Source: Bdellovibrionota bacterium
GTDB lineage: Bacteria > Bdellovibrionota > UBA2394
Assembly: GCA_049436045.1 (NCBI GenBank)
Contig: JBMTHG010000003.1
Location: 1 to 44,138, forward strand
Length of the DNA stretch: 44,138 bases
Reading direction: 5' to 3'
A model generated the notes under the pieces. The model was not told where the DNA came from. It searched no databases and saw only the letters and a program-made list of their open reading frames with translations. Numbering within the stretch: the first letter of the stretch is position 1; each line of letters starts with the position of its first letter. The translations under genes were made by a program, and so were the position numbers. This document shows, in pieces, positions 27,960 through 37,616 of this stretch.

Positions 27960-30900
27960 CGAATCACATTGATTCTGTTGAAAATCTTAAATCTTCCTGC
28001 AAAATTTCTTCCAGAAATCACAAAAGCTTGATGATTATTATCGATCAAATAGTGAATCCAGCTTTCATCTTGGTGTTTCCAGATTTGAGATTCGACGCCA
28101 AATTCTCGAAGCTCTAAGGGGAGGTCTTGGTTTGAAATTTTCTGCCCTCGATTTTTGAAGTCAGACAGACCTTGGGTTTGCAAGTGAGCTCTTTCTGAAA
28201 TGATCTGCTGATCTCTGATCTGCTTGAAATAATCATCCAGCTCAAACAAGCTTCTCGAAGAGACTCGACTGAGACCAGCCTCAGATTGATGGAGTTTTTG
28301 TAAGACATCTTTCATCGACTGATCGGCCGTTAAAAACCGTGATTGCAAGTGAGAATAGCTCTCGGGAGTGGCAAGAGCTGAGTCAGTTCGATCGGTCAAA
28401 AAGCCTCGGCGCTGATGAGAATATCGAGTCCAAAAATGCTGCCATTGAAGCCATTGATCTCTCAGCATCAGATAAGAGTCGACTTGAAGCCTTTGAAGGG
28501 CGATCGAGCTTTGAAGCTGATTTTGTTGCAACTGGTTTCGCCACGAGACACCTTGAGTCAGTGAGTGCGCTCGATCAAAAACTGAAATCCAAAAATGACG
28601 ATAGCCCTCCACAGGTAAAGAAGCCTCTCTTAAGCTTGTGATTTGAGAAAGACTTTCATCCAAGAGTTTCAGAATCTGTGTCGAGAGCTCAGAGAGATTT
28701 TGCTCTCTTCGCGAGATGTTTCTCGAAGAAGAAGCTTTTGAGCTTTTTTGTGCGAGTAAAACTTGATCGATTAAAATCTCCATTTCGTCTCCAAGCTGAA
28801 GAAGTTTTTGATCGATCTTTCGTGACTGAGTTTCAAGTCTTGAGATCTCACTTTTGAGTCGAGGCAACACGTCGCCAAGCGAAGCTCGCTCTAAACCTTC
28901 AATTTTTGCTTGAGCAGTTTTTATATTTCGATCGAGTTGCAATAGAGATTTGCTTCGACGTAGCTTCCAGTTTTGAAGCTCGAATTTGATGCGTTTGACC
29001 TGGGGCAATTTAATCGGAAGAAGACCATACACTTTAGCCCCCATTCGAGCTAAGAAGTGCGCGCCTTGAGTCAAGCGACCCCAAATTCCGCGATTTTCAG
29101 ATAGCCATCTGGCTTCGAGTCTCAATAAGCGGTGCCAGGCATTTTCTCTTTCGACCCAAATCTTAAGGCGATCTTTAGGCTGAAGAGATCGGCGAGCCCA
29201 GGTTTCTAATTCTGCTCGCTGTAAGTCTTTGATCGCGCTGGCTTCGAGTTCGAGAAGTTGATCTCGTTGACGTTTAAATTTTTCAAGATGTCGATGCTGT
29301 TGCCCCATTTGTCTTAAATGGATAACGCGACTCCAAGGTAGAGCGAGTTCGAGGCTTAAAGCCCCCGCTCCAAAGCTCAAAGCTTCAGAAGAAAACTGAC
29401 CCAAATCTCGAAAGGCCCACAATCGCTCTGAGGCGTCGGCCGGAAAAACAAGGGATTTGCTCACGCGCCCAAGATATTGAAGTTCTTGAGCAGCCCATTG
29501 ACCAGGTGTCCAAATCAATTGATCGACGGGCACTTCATACCAAGACTGTGAATGATCTTCAAAAAAATAGGCAGAGCCGATTCTAAGACCCGCATCTCCA
29601 AACAAAACGCTAAAAACCAACTTGCCACCGAGACTGCGAAAAACCAAATGAAAGGCCGAGCCCAAGAAAAGAGCGGGAATCAGTCGCGCCGGATCAGACA
29701 CAAAGCCGTGCGCAAAGGAGCTTAGATAAACAAGAGGGGATGAGTAATCAGTTTTAGCTTGTTTGTTTTTATCAAACAAAGTCTCTTGAATTCTTTGAAA
29801 ATCCTCTTTCGTTAACTCAGCACCTGACTGTTCTTCGATAAAATTTAATCTTCGCCATTCATTTTTTGATTTTTGCCATTCAAGACTCCAATATTCTTGG
29901 CTCGGAAACAGATGAATCATCAGAGTATCAATCAACCATTGCGGATAATGGCCGTAGTCAATCTGCGAGCGGTTTTCTTCAATCGAATCGGCCATATCAG
30001 CTCGAATTTGAGAACTGCTCGATACCACCTGACCATCCATCAGCTCGACTTGTGGGGCATCATGAGATTCTACTTCAAAGTCGACAATCTCAAGCAGTCT
30101 CAAGCACAAGTCATCTTCAAACTTTTCGAGTTCGGCAGTGTTAAGAGATGAGATTTGATGCAGACGCTCTTGCCAATAGATTCTCTCACCCACACTCAGA
30201 GGAAGCCTCCAAAGAACACGCTCTTGTTCAAAAAGAGGAAGCTGCCGAAATTTTTGATCAAGAAAAATGAAGGAGTCTTCAAGCGTTAAAAAAGGAAACA
30301 AGGCAACAGCAATCAATGGTCGAATGGCCTCAGGCAAATCCTTGTTTTTTAATTTTCCCTCTGTTCGCATGAGAAAGAGTGCGTCATTAAAGCGTTGTCG
30401 ATCACGATCGGTCAGAGATTCGCTCAACTCGATATAATCTTTAATTTGGAAAAAAATTTCTTGAGCGGTGAGGCTAGAGGCCGATTGAAATCCCGACCAT
30501 TGATCGCTCATGAAATTTTCGAGCCACACGTGTCCCGACATCTTCCATGTGTCTTCTTGAGATTTGATCCAAAGATCTTCCCAGCTTAAACGCCACTGCG
30601 CTCGATGCGAGGCCAAATACAGCTGCCAATAAAAATCTATTTGGTCGCTATAATCACTTCGATCAAGCCCCAACGAGCGATCGGTAGAAACAAAATGATT
30701 TCGAAATGCGGCCTCATCGAGCGGTAAATGTCGATCAAGTCGTCCCAAATAAAGATAATCGAAGTAAGCACTTTCTACGGATTCATCAGAAATGCCAAAA
30801 ATTTTTGCGGCAGCAGCATAATCTTTTTGATTTAAAAATTTTTGATCTGCGATACTTTCAAAAATTTCCTGATCTCTATCACTGATCGATTGCAGGCGAT

Positions 30901-31390
30901 AAAAATGTTTTCGATCATCCGAGTTTAGGCCTGCCAAAAATTGCGAATCTGCAAACAGAGGAAATCGAATCATTTCTTCTCGAATTTGAATCTGAAGAAT
31001 TAAAGATTGAAGAATGTCGATGAACTTAGGGTCTTGCAGGCGGAGTTGTTCTTGATTCACTTCATAGAGCTGCGGAAGACGAGACGAGTGATGGCTTTCA
31101 AAGTTCTGACTTAATTCCAAAAGGCTCACCGGAAAATAAAACAAATAATCGAATTCTTCTGAAAGATGGCTGGGATCTAAGTTCAGCTCTGAAAAATAAT
31201 CAAATAGATCTTCTAAGCGAAAGCGCTGCTCTTTGAGCAAGCCGCCATCGGGAACTCCTAAGACATGAAGCTGACGCCAATTTTCTTTGAAATCCAATAT
31301 CTGAGATCGAGAGAGTTCAGAAAAGTTTTGGGCCTGAAGATCTTTTAGAAAGAAAAAAAATAAAAACAAAATCGCCCAAGAAAACCTCAT
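27956..31390 (-). CDS. Large exported/membrane hypothetical protein (1144 aa)
   Basis: Long uninterrupted ORF with a signal peptide, central hydrophobic Gly/Ala-rich segments and a C-terminal coiled coil. No recognisable catalytic motif. Confidence 0.8.
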   Translation of the reverse strand: MRFSWAILFLFFFFLKDLQAQNFSELSRSQILDFKENWRQLHVLGVPDGGLLKEQRFRLEDLFDYFSELNLDPSHLSEEFDYLFYFPVSLLELSQNFESHHSSRLPQLYEVNQEQLRLQDPKFIDILQSLILQIQIREEMIRFPLFADSQFLAGLNSDDRKHFYRLQSISDRDQEIFESIADQKFLNQKDYAAAAKIFGISDESVESAYFDYLYLGRLDRHLPLDEAAFRNHFVSTDRSLGLDRSDYSDQIDFYWQLYLASHRAQWRLSWEDLWIKSQEDTWKMSGHVWLENFMSDQWSGFQSASSLTAQEIFFQIKDYIELSESLTDRDRQRFNDALFLMRTEGKLKNKDLPEAIRPLIAVALFPFLTLEDSFIFLDQKFRQLPLFEQERVLWRLPLSVGERIYWQERLHQISSLNTAELEKFEDDLCLRLLEIVDFEVESHDAPQVELMDGQVVSSSSQIRADMADSIEENRSQIDYGHYPQWLIDTLMIHLFPSQEYWSLEWQKSKNEWRRLNFIEEQSGAELTKEDFQRIQETLFDKNKQAKTDYSSPLVYLSSFAHGFVSDPARLIPALFLGSAFHLVFRSLGGKLVFSVLFGDAGLRIGSAYFFEDHSQSWYEVPVDQLIWTPGQWAAQELQYLGRVSKSLVFPADASERLWAFRDLGQFSSEALSFGAGALSLELALPWSRVIHLRQMGQQHRHLEKFKRQRDQLLELEASAIKDLQRAELETWARRSLQPKDRLKIWVERENAWHRLLRLEARWLSENRGIWGRLTQGAHFLARMGAKVYGLLPIKLPQVKRIKFELQNWKLRRSKSLLQLDRNIKTAQAKIEGLERASLGDVLPRLKSEISRLETQSRKIDQKLLQLGDEMEILIDQVLLAQKSSKASSSRNISRREQNLSELSTQILKLLDESLSQITSLREASLPVEGYRHFWISVFDRAHSLTQGVSWRNQLQQNQLQSSIALQRLQVDSYLMLRDQWLQWQHFWTRYSHQRRGFLTDRTDSALATPESYSHLQSRFLTADQSMKDVLQKLHQSEAGLSRVSSRSLFELDDYFKQIRDQQIISERAHLQTQGLSDFKNRGQKISNQDLPLELREFGVESQIWKHQDESWIHYLIDNNHQAFVISGRNFAGRFKIFNRINVIR

Positions 31391-31414
31391 CCAATTATCA
31401 GGAATTAGGCCATC

Positions 31415-32035
31415 TTATTGGCTTTGTCGAGTTAAGGCCCGCAAGTATTCCAGAGCCACTTGGCTTGTTTTGAGGTCTCTATGCCATTGAAATTTCAACA
31501 GTTTTTTGATTTCCGTCGATTTGATTTGCTGATCGAAAAAAGCGCGGGCGAGTTTTTGACCGAAGCCCAGCCCCTTTTGATGAATTGAATCCCAAAGGGG
31601 GTCGTTTGTCTTTTGCTGTTTCGGAGCAGATTTTGGAAGCATCAGCGATTGAACAAAAGTGCCGAAAGACTCGTGAAGCACAGCGATGTTGTGCATTGAT
31701 CGAGAATCCTCCAAATCATCGAGCGAGGTTTTTTGAAGACTGAGCGAATAGAGATGCGCCGTCTCTTCTGGCACTTGCGTCCAGTGGCTCACATAACCAA
31801 GCAAGGGCCGCCGATGAAGAACTGCACCGCCTCGACCGAATTGAATCTCATGAATGAATTTTTTCTCATTTTCTGTTCGCTGAGACAGACTGCCCTTCGA
31901 TTCTTTCGAAAGAAACAAATAGAGAGGAGGCCGACGAGTTTTCAGATGAATGAAGTTTGTTGATAAAAAACTCCAAACAAAATCTGAAAACTCATCAATT
32001 TGTTTTTGCGTGTTCTTAAGCTTGAGCTGCCACAT
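31415..32035 (-). CDS. Hypothetical protein with a possible zincin-like EExxH motif
   Basis: Overlaps the pepA stop. Contains PEETAH and a downstream HESFG. Confidence 0.6.
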   Translation of the reverse strand: MWQLKLKNTQKQIDEFSDFVWSFLSTNFIHLKTRRPPLYLFLSKESKGSLSQRTENEKKFIHEIQFGRGGAVLHRRPLLGYVSHWTQVPEETAHLYSLSLQKTSLDDLEDSRSMHNIAVLHESFGTFVQSLMLPKSAPKQQKTNDPLWDSIHQKGLGFGQKLARAFFDQQIKSTEIKKLLKFQWHRDLKTSQVALEYLRALTRQSQ

Positions 32036-33524
32036 ATTCAAACAGCAAGCGCACGGGAACTCCAGAAGCTCCAGGAGCCCCTACGAAATCCCGAGGGCTA
32101 TCATACCAACCGCATCCCGCAATATCGAGATGAGCCCATGGCACTTGATTTTCGATGAAGTGTCTCAAGAAGATGGCGGCTGTGCTGGCTCCGCCGCCTT
32201 TGCCCTTGCTGATATTTTTGAGATCGGCAACTTCTGACTTTAGAAGATCGGCATAAAAATCATCAAAGTCGGGCAGAGGCCAAAGGTTTTCGCCACTCAC
32301 TGCCATGGCCTTCATCAAATCAGACTCTAATTTTTTATTATTCGTGAATAGTCCGGCTGCCGCATCACCGACCGCCATGGCGCAAGCTCCGGTAAGAGTT
32401 GCTACATCAACGATGGCTTTGGGTTTGAAATGAGTGCTGGCATGAAAGAGCGCATCGCCAAGAATGAGTCGCCCCTCAGCGTCGGTATTGAGAACTTCAA
32501 TCGTCTTTCCATTCGCCATGGTGATGATATCTCCCGGGCGTTGAGCTTTTCCGGAGGGCATGTTTTCTGCACTCGGCACGATGACGATCAAATTCACTTT
32601 TAAGGCGAGCTCCGTCACAATTTTAAAGACTCCCAATACGCTGGCCGCACCCGCCATATCGTATTTCATCGTCTCTTGAGCTTGAGGGGGCTTCAGTGAC
32701 AAACCTCCGGAATCAAAAGTGATTCCCTTTCCAACGAGAACGACTGGCTTATCTGTTTTTTTCGCGCCCCAATACTCGAGTTGAATCAATCGCGGAGGAT
32801 TGTCAGAACCTTGACCTACGGCCAAAATTCCTCCGTAGGAGTTTTTACTGAGTTCTTTTTCCGTCCAGACCGTCGATTTAATTTTCGTTTTTGATTTCGA
32901 CGAATGGCTCATCTTTTGAGCCATTTCCCCCAAAACTTTAGGAGTAAGATGTCGAGGAGACATCGAGATGAGATAGCGAGCGAAATTGACTCCAGACGAA
33001 ATGGCAGCGGCTCGATTTTCAGCGCCAAGCAATGATTTTGTCTCACGCGCTTCTGGGGCGATAAATTGAAAATGAATTTCTTTCGAGGCTTCAGATTTTT
33101 TGGCCTGAGATTGCTTCATTTCATGATATCGAAACTGAAAGACTCGAGAGCCGATTTCAAGAGCCTCTAGAATTTCTGAGCCTTTAAGCTTTGGCAAACT
33201 GGGCAGCAAAATGGCCACATTTTCTTTCAAATTTCTTTCTTGTGCAGCTTGAACGCATTTCGCTCCTAGGATTCTAAATTTTTGAGCACTCAAAGCTTGT
33301 CGGCTTCCGGCTCCTATCAGACAAATTCGCTGAGTCGAGGGATGTCCAGGGGTATACAAAATCAGGCTTTCTTTCCATTTTCCGGAAAAATCCTTTTTTA
33401 AAACAAGCTGAATATATTCTTGAAGAGCTTTATCTTTCAAAGTCCCGATGATTTTTTTTGAGTCATCAACGAAGACGATGAGGGCTTCAAGATTTTTCAT
33501 TTGGTTAAGAACAACATGATTCAT
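32016..33524 (-). CDS. pepA: Leucyl aminopeptidase (M17)
   Basis: VGKGITFDSGG, MKYDMAG, NTDAEGRL, ATLTGA, WAHLDIAG. AAGGAG precedes ATG 33524. Confidence 0.97.
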   Translation of the reverse strand: MNHVVLNQMKNLEALIVFVDDSKKIIGTLKDKALQEYIQLVLKKDFSGKWKESLILYTPGHPSTQRICLIGAGSRQALSAQKFRILGAKCVQAAQERNLKENVAILLPSLPKLKGSEILEALEIGSRVFQFRYHEMKQSQAKKSEASKEIHFQFIAPEARETKSLLGAENRAAAISSGVNFARYLISMSPRHLTPKVLGEMAQKMSHSSKSKTKIKSTVWTEKELSKNSYGGILAVGQGSDNPPRLIQLEYWGAKKTDKPVVLVGKGITFDSGGLSLKPPQAQETMKYDMAGAASVLGVFKIVTELALKVNLIVIVPSAENMPSGKAQRPGDIITMANGKTIEVLNTDAEGRLILGDALFHASTHFKPKAIVDVATLTGACAMAVGDAAAGLFTNNKKLESDLMKAMAVSGENLWPLPDFDDFYADLLKSEVADLKNISKGKGGGASTAAIFLRHFIENQVPWAHLDIAGCGWYDSPRDFVGAPGASGVPVRLLFEYVAAQA

Positions 33525-33571
33525 GAACAACTCCTTTTAAAGGCAGGAGATACACCAAAGAGTTTTGAGAG

Positions 33572-34369
33572 TCATGGGTTGATTGAAGAATTTTCAATTC
33601 CAGGAGTGAGGTCGTCTTGAAGCATGTCTGAGAAGTGAGAGGCATTTAGCAAAATAATATCAACGCGTCGGTTTTGGTTTCGACCGGCGGGTGTTAGGTT
33701 GTTTGCCACGGGTTTATAGTGAGCGTAGCCCATGGCGGTCACTCTTCGGGGGCTCACACCAAACTGATCGATCAAAAGCTTTGTCATCGAGGTAGCTCGA
33801 AGTACCGAGAGGTCCCAATTATCATAAAAACGATTTCCGATCACGGGAAGTGAGTCGGTGTGACCCTCAATTGAAATTAAGCGATCACTTTGCTTGATGA
33901 CATCTGAAACGATAGAAATCACAGGATAAAGCTCGGGAGGAATTTCAGTGGAGTCTGGCTCAAAGAGATAGCCGGCCGATAAACTGATGACAACTCCGCG
34001 TTCATCAATTCTCAGTTTGATAGGGCTCGCTTCATCTTGAAAAACAACGTCGAAGCCTTGAGTATCGAGAGCCTTTCTAATTTCCTCGATAATCTCTTCG
34101 TTCGTGATACTTCGTTTCACCACAAATCGTCGGGCTGATTGCTGCTGGCCTTTGAGGCCCGCAATATCTAATTCCATTTTGATTTTGCCGCTTTTCTCTC
34201 CTAAAAATGCTTCATTGAGAGCTTCGCTTAAGGCTTTGATTTTTGCGGCATCACTTTTGCTCATCGAGTAGAGAACAACGAAAAACGCGAAGAGAAGAGT
34301 AACCATGTCAGCATAGGGAATAATCCAGCGTTCGTGGTTTTCATGCTCTTCATGTTTTTTTTTGCCCAA
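33572..34369 (-). CDS. motB: Flagellar stator protein MotB
   Basis: ERWIIPYADMVTLL transmembrane segment with the conserved Asp, plus an OmpA-like domain (EGHTD, NWDLS..RA, NRRV). Confidence 0.95.
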   Translation of the reverse strand: MGKKKHEEHENHERWIIPYADMVTLLFAFFVVLYSMSKSDAAKIKALSEALNEAFLGEKSGKIKMELDIAGLKGQQQSARRFVVKRSITNEEIIEEIRKALDTQGFDVVFQDEASPIKLRIDERGVVISLSAGYLFEPDSTEIPPELYPVISIVSDVIKQSDRLISIEGHTDSLPVIGNRFYDNWDLSVLRATSMTKLLIDQFGVSPRRVTAMGYAHYKPVANNLTPAGRNQNRRVDIILLNASHFSDMLQDDLTPGIENSSINP

Positions 34370-34371
34370 GA

Positions 34372-35133
34372 CTAGACCTCTTCTTTGGCATCTTGATCAA
34401 CGATAGCAAGCAAGTGAGATGAAATGATCGTGGGAGAGGTGCCTGATTGAATATCTTTTACGCCTACACGAATCATTTCGTAATAAAGGCCCTCGTGATG
34501 GGCCATGGCTTTAAGCTTACTTCCCAGGGGCATAAAGAGAAGGTTCGAAAAGCCCACTCCATAAACGGTCGCGATAAAAGCCACGGCAATTCCTGGTCCG
34601 ATCGCATCCGGATTACTCAAGTTTTCCATCACGTGAATCAAACCCAAGACCGCTCCTAAAATTCCAACGGTGGGGCAATAGGCTCCAAACTGAGTATAAA
34701 ACTTAGCCGCCAATTCATTTTCAGTAGCTCGATGTTCAATGCGCGATTCTAACATTTGAGAAACGAGATTGGGCTCAAGACCGTCGACGGCAAATTTGAT
34801 TCCCTCTTTAAGAAGAGGATCTTCAATGCTATCTTTTTGTTTTTCGAGAGCGAGTAGCCCGTCTTTTCTCGCAATGCTTGCGAGATTACAAATCTGCTCA
34901 ACGAGCGCATCGTAGTCGTGATGAGAACCTAAAAACGCTAACTTCAATCGCTTCAGGGCGAGCATGGTTGCCGTAAAGGGAACATCCAAAAGAGTCGCTC
35001 CTAGGGCTCCCCCCACAACGATCATAAAAGCCGGTCCTCCCATGATCGATTTCATGTGGCCACCCTCTAAGATCATTCCCGTAAGAATCATGCCCACGCC
35101 GAGTGGCAGACCAATAATACTCCCCTTTTCCAT
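34372..35133 (-). CDS. motA: Flagellar stator protein MotA
   Basis: EGG..., ARKDGLLALE, PTVGILGAVLGLI, AFIATVYGV..NL...P. Confidence 0.95.
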   Translation of the reverse strand: MEKGSIIGLPLGVGMILTGMILEGGHMKSIMGGPAFMIVVGGALGATLLDVPFTATMLALKRLKLAFLGSHHDYDALVEQICNLASIARKDGLLALEKQKDSIEDPLLKEGIKFAVDGLEPNLVSQMLESRIEHRATENELAAKFYTQFGAYCPTVGILGAVLGLIHVMENLSNPDAIGPGIAVAFIATVYGVGFSNLLFMPLGSKLKAMAHHEGLYYEMIRVGVKDIQSGTSPTIISSHLLAIVDQDAKEEV

Positions 35134-35139
35134 GTTTCT

Positions 35140-35148
35140 ATTTTAGCA
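35140..35148 (-). promoter_or_regulatory. Extended -10 element of motA, probable leaderless transcript
   Basis: TGCTAAAAT followed by 6 nt and then ATG, with no Shine-Dalgarno. Confidence 0.6.
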
Positions 35149-35290
35149 AATTCACATGAGGATTTTTGAAAAATCGCTCTCCGACGCGATGCAATTCTTT
35201 GACTCGGCGCTGCTGAAAATCTGGCGCATCGAGTAAAGGATTGCTTGTAATTGAAACTAGTGGGAAAATTTTGTTGGAGAGGGGATTAGA

Positions 35291-36307
35291 TTGCTGCGAA
35301 ATCGCATCGCTGTAGATTTGGGAACAGCCTATTCAATTGTTGCTGACTCTTACTCAGAGAATTTTAAACGTCTCGCCTCAAGTGTTGCGGTTGAAGAAGC
35401 CACTCAAAAGCCGATCGCCTTTGGAGATGAAGCAAAACTCATGTCAGGGCGCTGCCCACCCGGGATTGAAGTGATTCGTCCCATGCGAGACGGCGTGATC
35501 ATCGATTTTAAGATTACCAATTCATATCTGAGCTATCTCGTAAAAAGCATCGATCGCTTTCCCTGGTTGTTTAAAAAAGATGTTTATCTTTGTATTCCTT
35601 GGGGGGCGACTCATGTGGAGGTGAAGGCCTATGTGAAGGGTTTGAGTCGCTTTAACCGAAGAGTTTTTCTTGTGAAGGAACCCTTCGCAGCAGCTCTCGG
35701 GGCGGGCAAAGACATCTTCTCTTCAAAGCCAATGACGATCGTCGATATGGGCGGCGGAACAACCGAGATCGCCACCTTGTCGGCGGGCTTTATGTTAAAG
35801 GCAACTTCTTTGCGCTTGGCGGGCACTAGCTGTGATCAAAAAATTATGGACGGGCTGAAACGCCTCTATGATTTCGAAGTGGGTGTCTTAATGGCCGAAG
35901 AGCTAAAGATGGATCATGCGAGTGTATGGCCTCTTCAAGAAGATTATTTCGTCGAAGTAAAAGGTTTTGAGCGTCAAAGCCATTTGCCAAAATCTCTTTT
36001 AGTGTCGACCGCTGATTTGCGCTCCTTTTTAGAGCCCTTGGCCGTGCGAGTAGAGAATGCGATTGTTGAACATGTAGAATCTCTAAGTTCTTATGCTCTC
36101 GATGTTTTGAAAGAAGAGGGCTTGATTTTAACGGGGGGAACAAGCCTTTTAAGGGGCTGGGCTGAGCGCCTTGAAAAACGTTTAGAATTGCCAGTTCGCT
36201 TGGCTCCAGAGCCTCTTTTGAGTGTGATACGAGGTCTTAAAAAAATGATCGAAAGGCCACGCGACTTTAAACGCATCGTTCAGCTTTCGATGGAAGTCTT
36301 TCGTTGA
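35291..36307 (+). CDS. mreB: Divergent MreB/Mbl family actin-like protein
   Basis: DLGT, RPMRDGVI.DF, EPFAAALGAG, DMGGGTTEIA, LTGG. Not linked to mreCD. Confidence 0.85.
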   Translation: MLRNRIAVDLGTAYSIVADSYSENFKRLASSVAVEEATQKPIAFGDEAKLMSGRCPPGIEVIRPMRDGVIIDFKITNSYLSYLVKSIDRFPWLFKKDVYLCIPWGATHVEVKAYVKGLSRFNRRVFLVKEPFAAALGAGKDIFSSKPMTIVDMGGGTTEIATLSAGFMLKATSLRLAGTSCDQKIMDGLKRLYDFEVGVLMAEELKMDHASVWPLQEDYFVEVKGFERQSHLPKSLLVSTADLRSFLEPLAVRVENAIVEHVESLSSYALDVLKEEGLILTGGTSLLRGWAERLEKRLELPVRLAPEPLLSVIRGLKKMIERPRDFKRIVQLSMEVFR

Positions 36308-37599
36308 TCCGATCTGATCTGAATGATACCGATTATAAGAAAATGAAATCTCAACGCCAGCATAACCGCTCCAGACATTCACGAAAAAAATCATGGCAGT
36401 CTCGATCGCCAAAATCTAAGAGACAATATCAGCAAAAGCTGGAGTCTCTTGCCGGAATGGCCAAAGTCAAATTGAGTGTCGACTGGATGGAGGGCTCTGA
36501 AGATGACTTTAGCTATTTGCCCGCGCTTTTTCATTTTTTCCCCGAACTGACAGATAAAATTCCATGCTTGAGTCTTCGATCATGTGAGGAGGCGTCGCTG
36601 CCAACAAGACTTCAGAGATCCCAGCATTTGTTTGGTCAAAACTATGTCTTTTGGAAGGAAGAAAATCTCGATGCTGATTTTCTCACTGAAAATGTCGCCA
36701 AAAAAATGGAATTTATTTTGGGCTCTTACACGAATGATTTGAAAGAGGGGCAAAAAGTTATTATCTCAGGCTTCATCGACAATCCTTATGTCATCGACTT
36801 AGCAACAGCCGCTTCGGCAATGAAATTGAAGCCGGAACTTTTTTTTCTAAAGTCTAGAATTTCAAGGCCTGAACTCATTAAACTTTTGCAGCTTCAAAAA
36901 GCAGGAGTGCGTTGTCGCTTTTTTGAATCAAAATCCTCATTAGAATGGGCTTTTAAACGCCAAAAATTTTACTCCTATTTTAAATCACGAAAGATTTTGG
37001 ATTTTGGTGGTGACAACAACTTGGGGGCTCTTGGCTATTTGAGTTCTCTTTTGGAGTTAAGCCAGCAGCCATTGCCTTCGTTTGATATGATTATGCTGCC
37101 GATTGATTCGGGGATCAGTTGGCTAGGTCTCGAGCTGGGGCGGCAGCTTCTAGGCTGGGAAGACACAAAGATTGTGGGCTTTAGCACTCGTCATGAAGTG
37201 GGAGAGCTTAAAGTGAGACTGGCAAATGAAGCGCGTGCTTTGATTGAGTTTTTGCGGCCGATGATGGACGTATCTTGGTTTCGTGAGTTTGATCTCTCTT
37301 CGATGATGATTTATCCCGCGCTCGGGCAAGACATCGAGAAAAACCTGAGATGGATGAACCGCTTTCAAGAGTTAGAAGGCTTTGACATTGATTTGTTGAG
37401 AGTCGCTCCAGCTCTGATGGAGGCGGCAAACTTCTTAAGAGTCAAAAAGCTCAACGATAAAAAAATCCTCTTCTGGAACACGGGCCAACATGTGGCGGCT
37501 AATGAAGAGGTTATCGATTTGAGCTCTTTGCGCCTTGCGCGAGCCATTCGAGATTGGCCAAAAACACCTGATCTAAATGCCTTGATGGGCGCCTTTTAA
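36304..37599 (+). CDS. Degenerate ACC deaminase/D-cysteine desulfhydrase-like protein (PLP fold type II)
   Basis: PT.LQR, KKMEFIL, GG...GALGY, FD.I..P..SG, LFWNT. The canonical GGNK lysine is absent. Confidence 0.7.
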   Translation: MIRSDLNDTDYKKMKSQRQHNRSRHSRKKSWQSRSPKSKRQYQQKLESLAGMAKVKLSVDWMEGSEDDFSYLPALFHFFPELTDKIPCLSLRSCEEASLPTRLQRSQHLFGQNYVFWKEENLDADFLTENVAKKMEFILGSYTNDLKEGQKVIISGFIDNPYVIDLATAASAMKLKPELFFLKSRISRPELIKLLQLQKAGVRCRFFESKSSLEWAFKRQKFYSYFKSRKILDFGGDNNLGALGYLSSLLELSQQPLPSFDMIMLPIDSGISWLGLELGRQLLGWEDTKIVGFSTRHEVGELKVRLANEARALIEFLRPMMDVSWFREFDLSSMMIYPALGQDIEKNLRWMNRFQELEGFDIDLLRVAPALMEAANFLRVKKLNDKKILFWNTGQHVAANEEVIDLSSLRLARAIRDWPKTPDLNALMGAF

Positions 37600-37616
37600 A
37601 AGTTAGATTTTTTGAT

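Noticed and set aside
33572-35133. Zorya ZorAB anti-phage system
   Set aside because: MotA is 253 aa without the long ZorA tail, canonical flagellar stator motifs are present, and there is no zorC/D/E
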